A stretch of DNA of 64,000 nucleotides from Psilocybe cubensis. Its lineage: Eukaryota. The notes under the pieces were generated by a model. It had not been told where the DNA came from. It made no database searches and saw only the letters and a list, made by a program, of their open reading frames with translations. The first letter of the stretch is position 1, and each line of letters opens with the position of its first letter. Location: assembly GCA_017499595.2 (NCBI GenBank), contig CM039000.1, forward strand, positions 682,001-746,000, written 5' to 3'. The position numbers and the translations under genes are program-made. Shown here piece by piece: positions 62,824-64,000 of the stretch.

Positions 62824-63190
62824 TCAGTTGCAGCCAATGCCGGTACCAGTTTCAGCACCGTTAGGGGCCTATAAGATGATATATTAATGAAAATGACTAT
62901 GACTTTTGGCCAGCTAACGATCACATACCAAACGAACGCAGCACGCAGAGATTTGGCCGCCAAACGGACAGTCAAATCCAGGACTGCAGTTTACTTTGAA
63001 AAGAAAATCAGCTCAAACAAGTTCCTGCAATCAAAACGAAATCATACTAACTTCCGACGTTTCCAGCTGGGCGGATGCTCGGGACGAGAGCGTCACAGCA
63101 GAATGGGCGGCATTCAGGCGCAGTAGCAGCTGCGGAAGCCATGAAGGGCAACGTCGAGAGGGCGAGAGCGATGGCAGAGAGGAACTTCAT
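62824..63190 (-). CDS. Small secreted 8-Cys hydrophobin-like protein (2 introns), paralog of 58331-58708
   Basis: Spliced MKFLSAIALALSTLPFMASAAATAPECRPFCCDALVPSIRPAGNVGINCSPGFDCPFGGQISACCVRLAPNGAETGTGIGCN*. Same intron positions and the same GAGGTATAAAA-GGATG promoter motif (~63260-63272). Confidence 0.85.
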
Positions 63191-64000
63191 CTTTGGTGAG
63201 TGACGATTAACTGAATGAAGAAAGACGACTTTCTGAAGAACATAGGCAGCTTCGACATCCATTTTATACCTCGCGATGACCACCCTTTTTTCATTTGAGC
63301 TCTCCAGTACAACTCCCAATTTGGTCTGCGTCGTATGCAAATCTTCCCAGAAATATGGCTCCTTGCTATTCCAATCCCAGCTTGCAATGAGGTGAGTTGG
63401 ACCACCTTCAAAACTGTGTTTCTTCAAGAGAATTGATTAGCATCTACCCTGTCTTAATTTTAAAGTAAAGCGATTAGAAGAGAACCTGGTATCTTTAGAT
63501 GACCATAAAACGTGCCCAACATTGTCGAGCCCGGGATTTAGGTGATTCAAATCTTACATTCGAATAACTTATTGATATGACTGGCTGATCACTCACTTTG
63601 GTCGATTTTGTGAGTAACACAAAAAAGAACGAAAGAAAACTTGTCCATGTCGTGGATTTTTATCAAAATCCGTAAGAGTATGGGTGGCCTCTGGTGGATT
63701 GGAAGACGTCACATTCACATTCGCCAGAAGCAATTCTCCCGTCACCACAGGGCTACTTGTTCGTATATTACAAGTCATTCGTTTTTCCACGGTAATCTTA
63801 TGCACATTTGATTTTCATTTTCAGGTCGGTTTGAGCAAACCATCTTGGATGCACTTATGACAGCCACTGTGCAACAGATTCTTTTGACGACGCCCTCAGC
63901 AAAAAAGCATATGTAAATTTCCGAACACGGTCAAGTTGAGAAAGAGTTGAACGTAGCTCCGTGAAGAAGGATCGACGACTCAGAAATGGACTAAGCACAA

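Overview
Intron-rich fungal genomic DNA; gene content and ~50-nt GT-AG introns point to an agaricomycete basidiomycete. 1-31311 is a direct tandem array of a ~10.5-kb unit: a partial copy 1 (<1-10103), copy 2 (10104-20626) and copy 3 (20627-31311). Each unit carries a degenerate GCTCGCCGGA minisatellite, decayed gene relics, an intron-dense plus-strand tract with no ORF I could reconstruct, and a minus-strand AA14-family lytic polysaccharide monooxygenase (LPMO) gene. Only the last AA14 copy (29168-31066) is intact; the other two share 11 clustered 7-30-bp deletions (162 bp in total) at their 5' end. The unique region that follows holds a DUF4436-like membrane protein gene, a 1332-bp nested palindrome made of two 666-bp CACTG...CAGTG foldback elements fused end-to-end, a 2xWSC secreted protein gene with 2-nt and 7-nt micro-exons, a YAT1-like carnitine acetyltransferase, a Het-C protein, tandem F-box-like genes, an Rds1/ferritin-like gene plus an internally deleted duplicate, a repeat-rich hydrophilic protein, OPA3, a third F-box-like gene, and two paralogous 8-Cys hydrophobin-like genes with non-canonical Cys spacing. 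All family calls come from manual splicing and motif recognition; no database searches were run.
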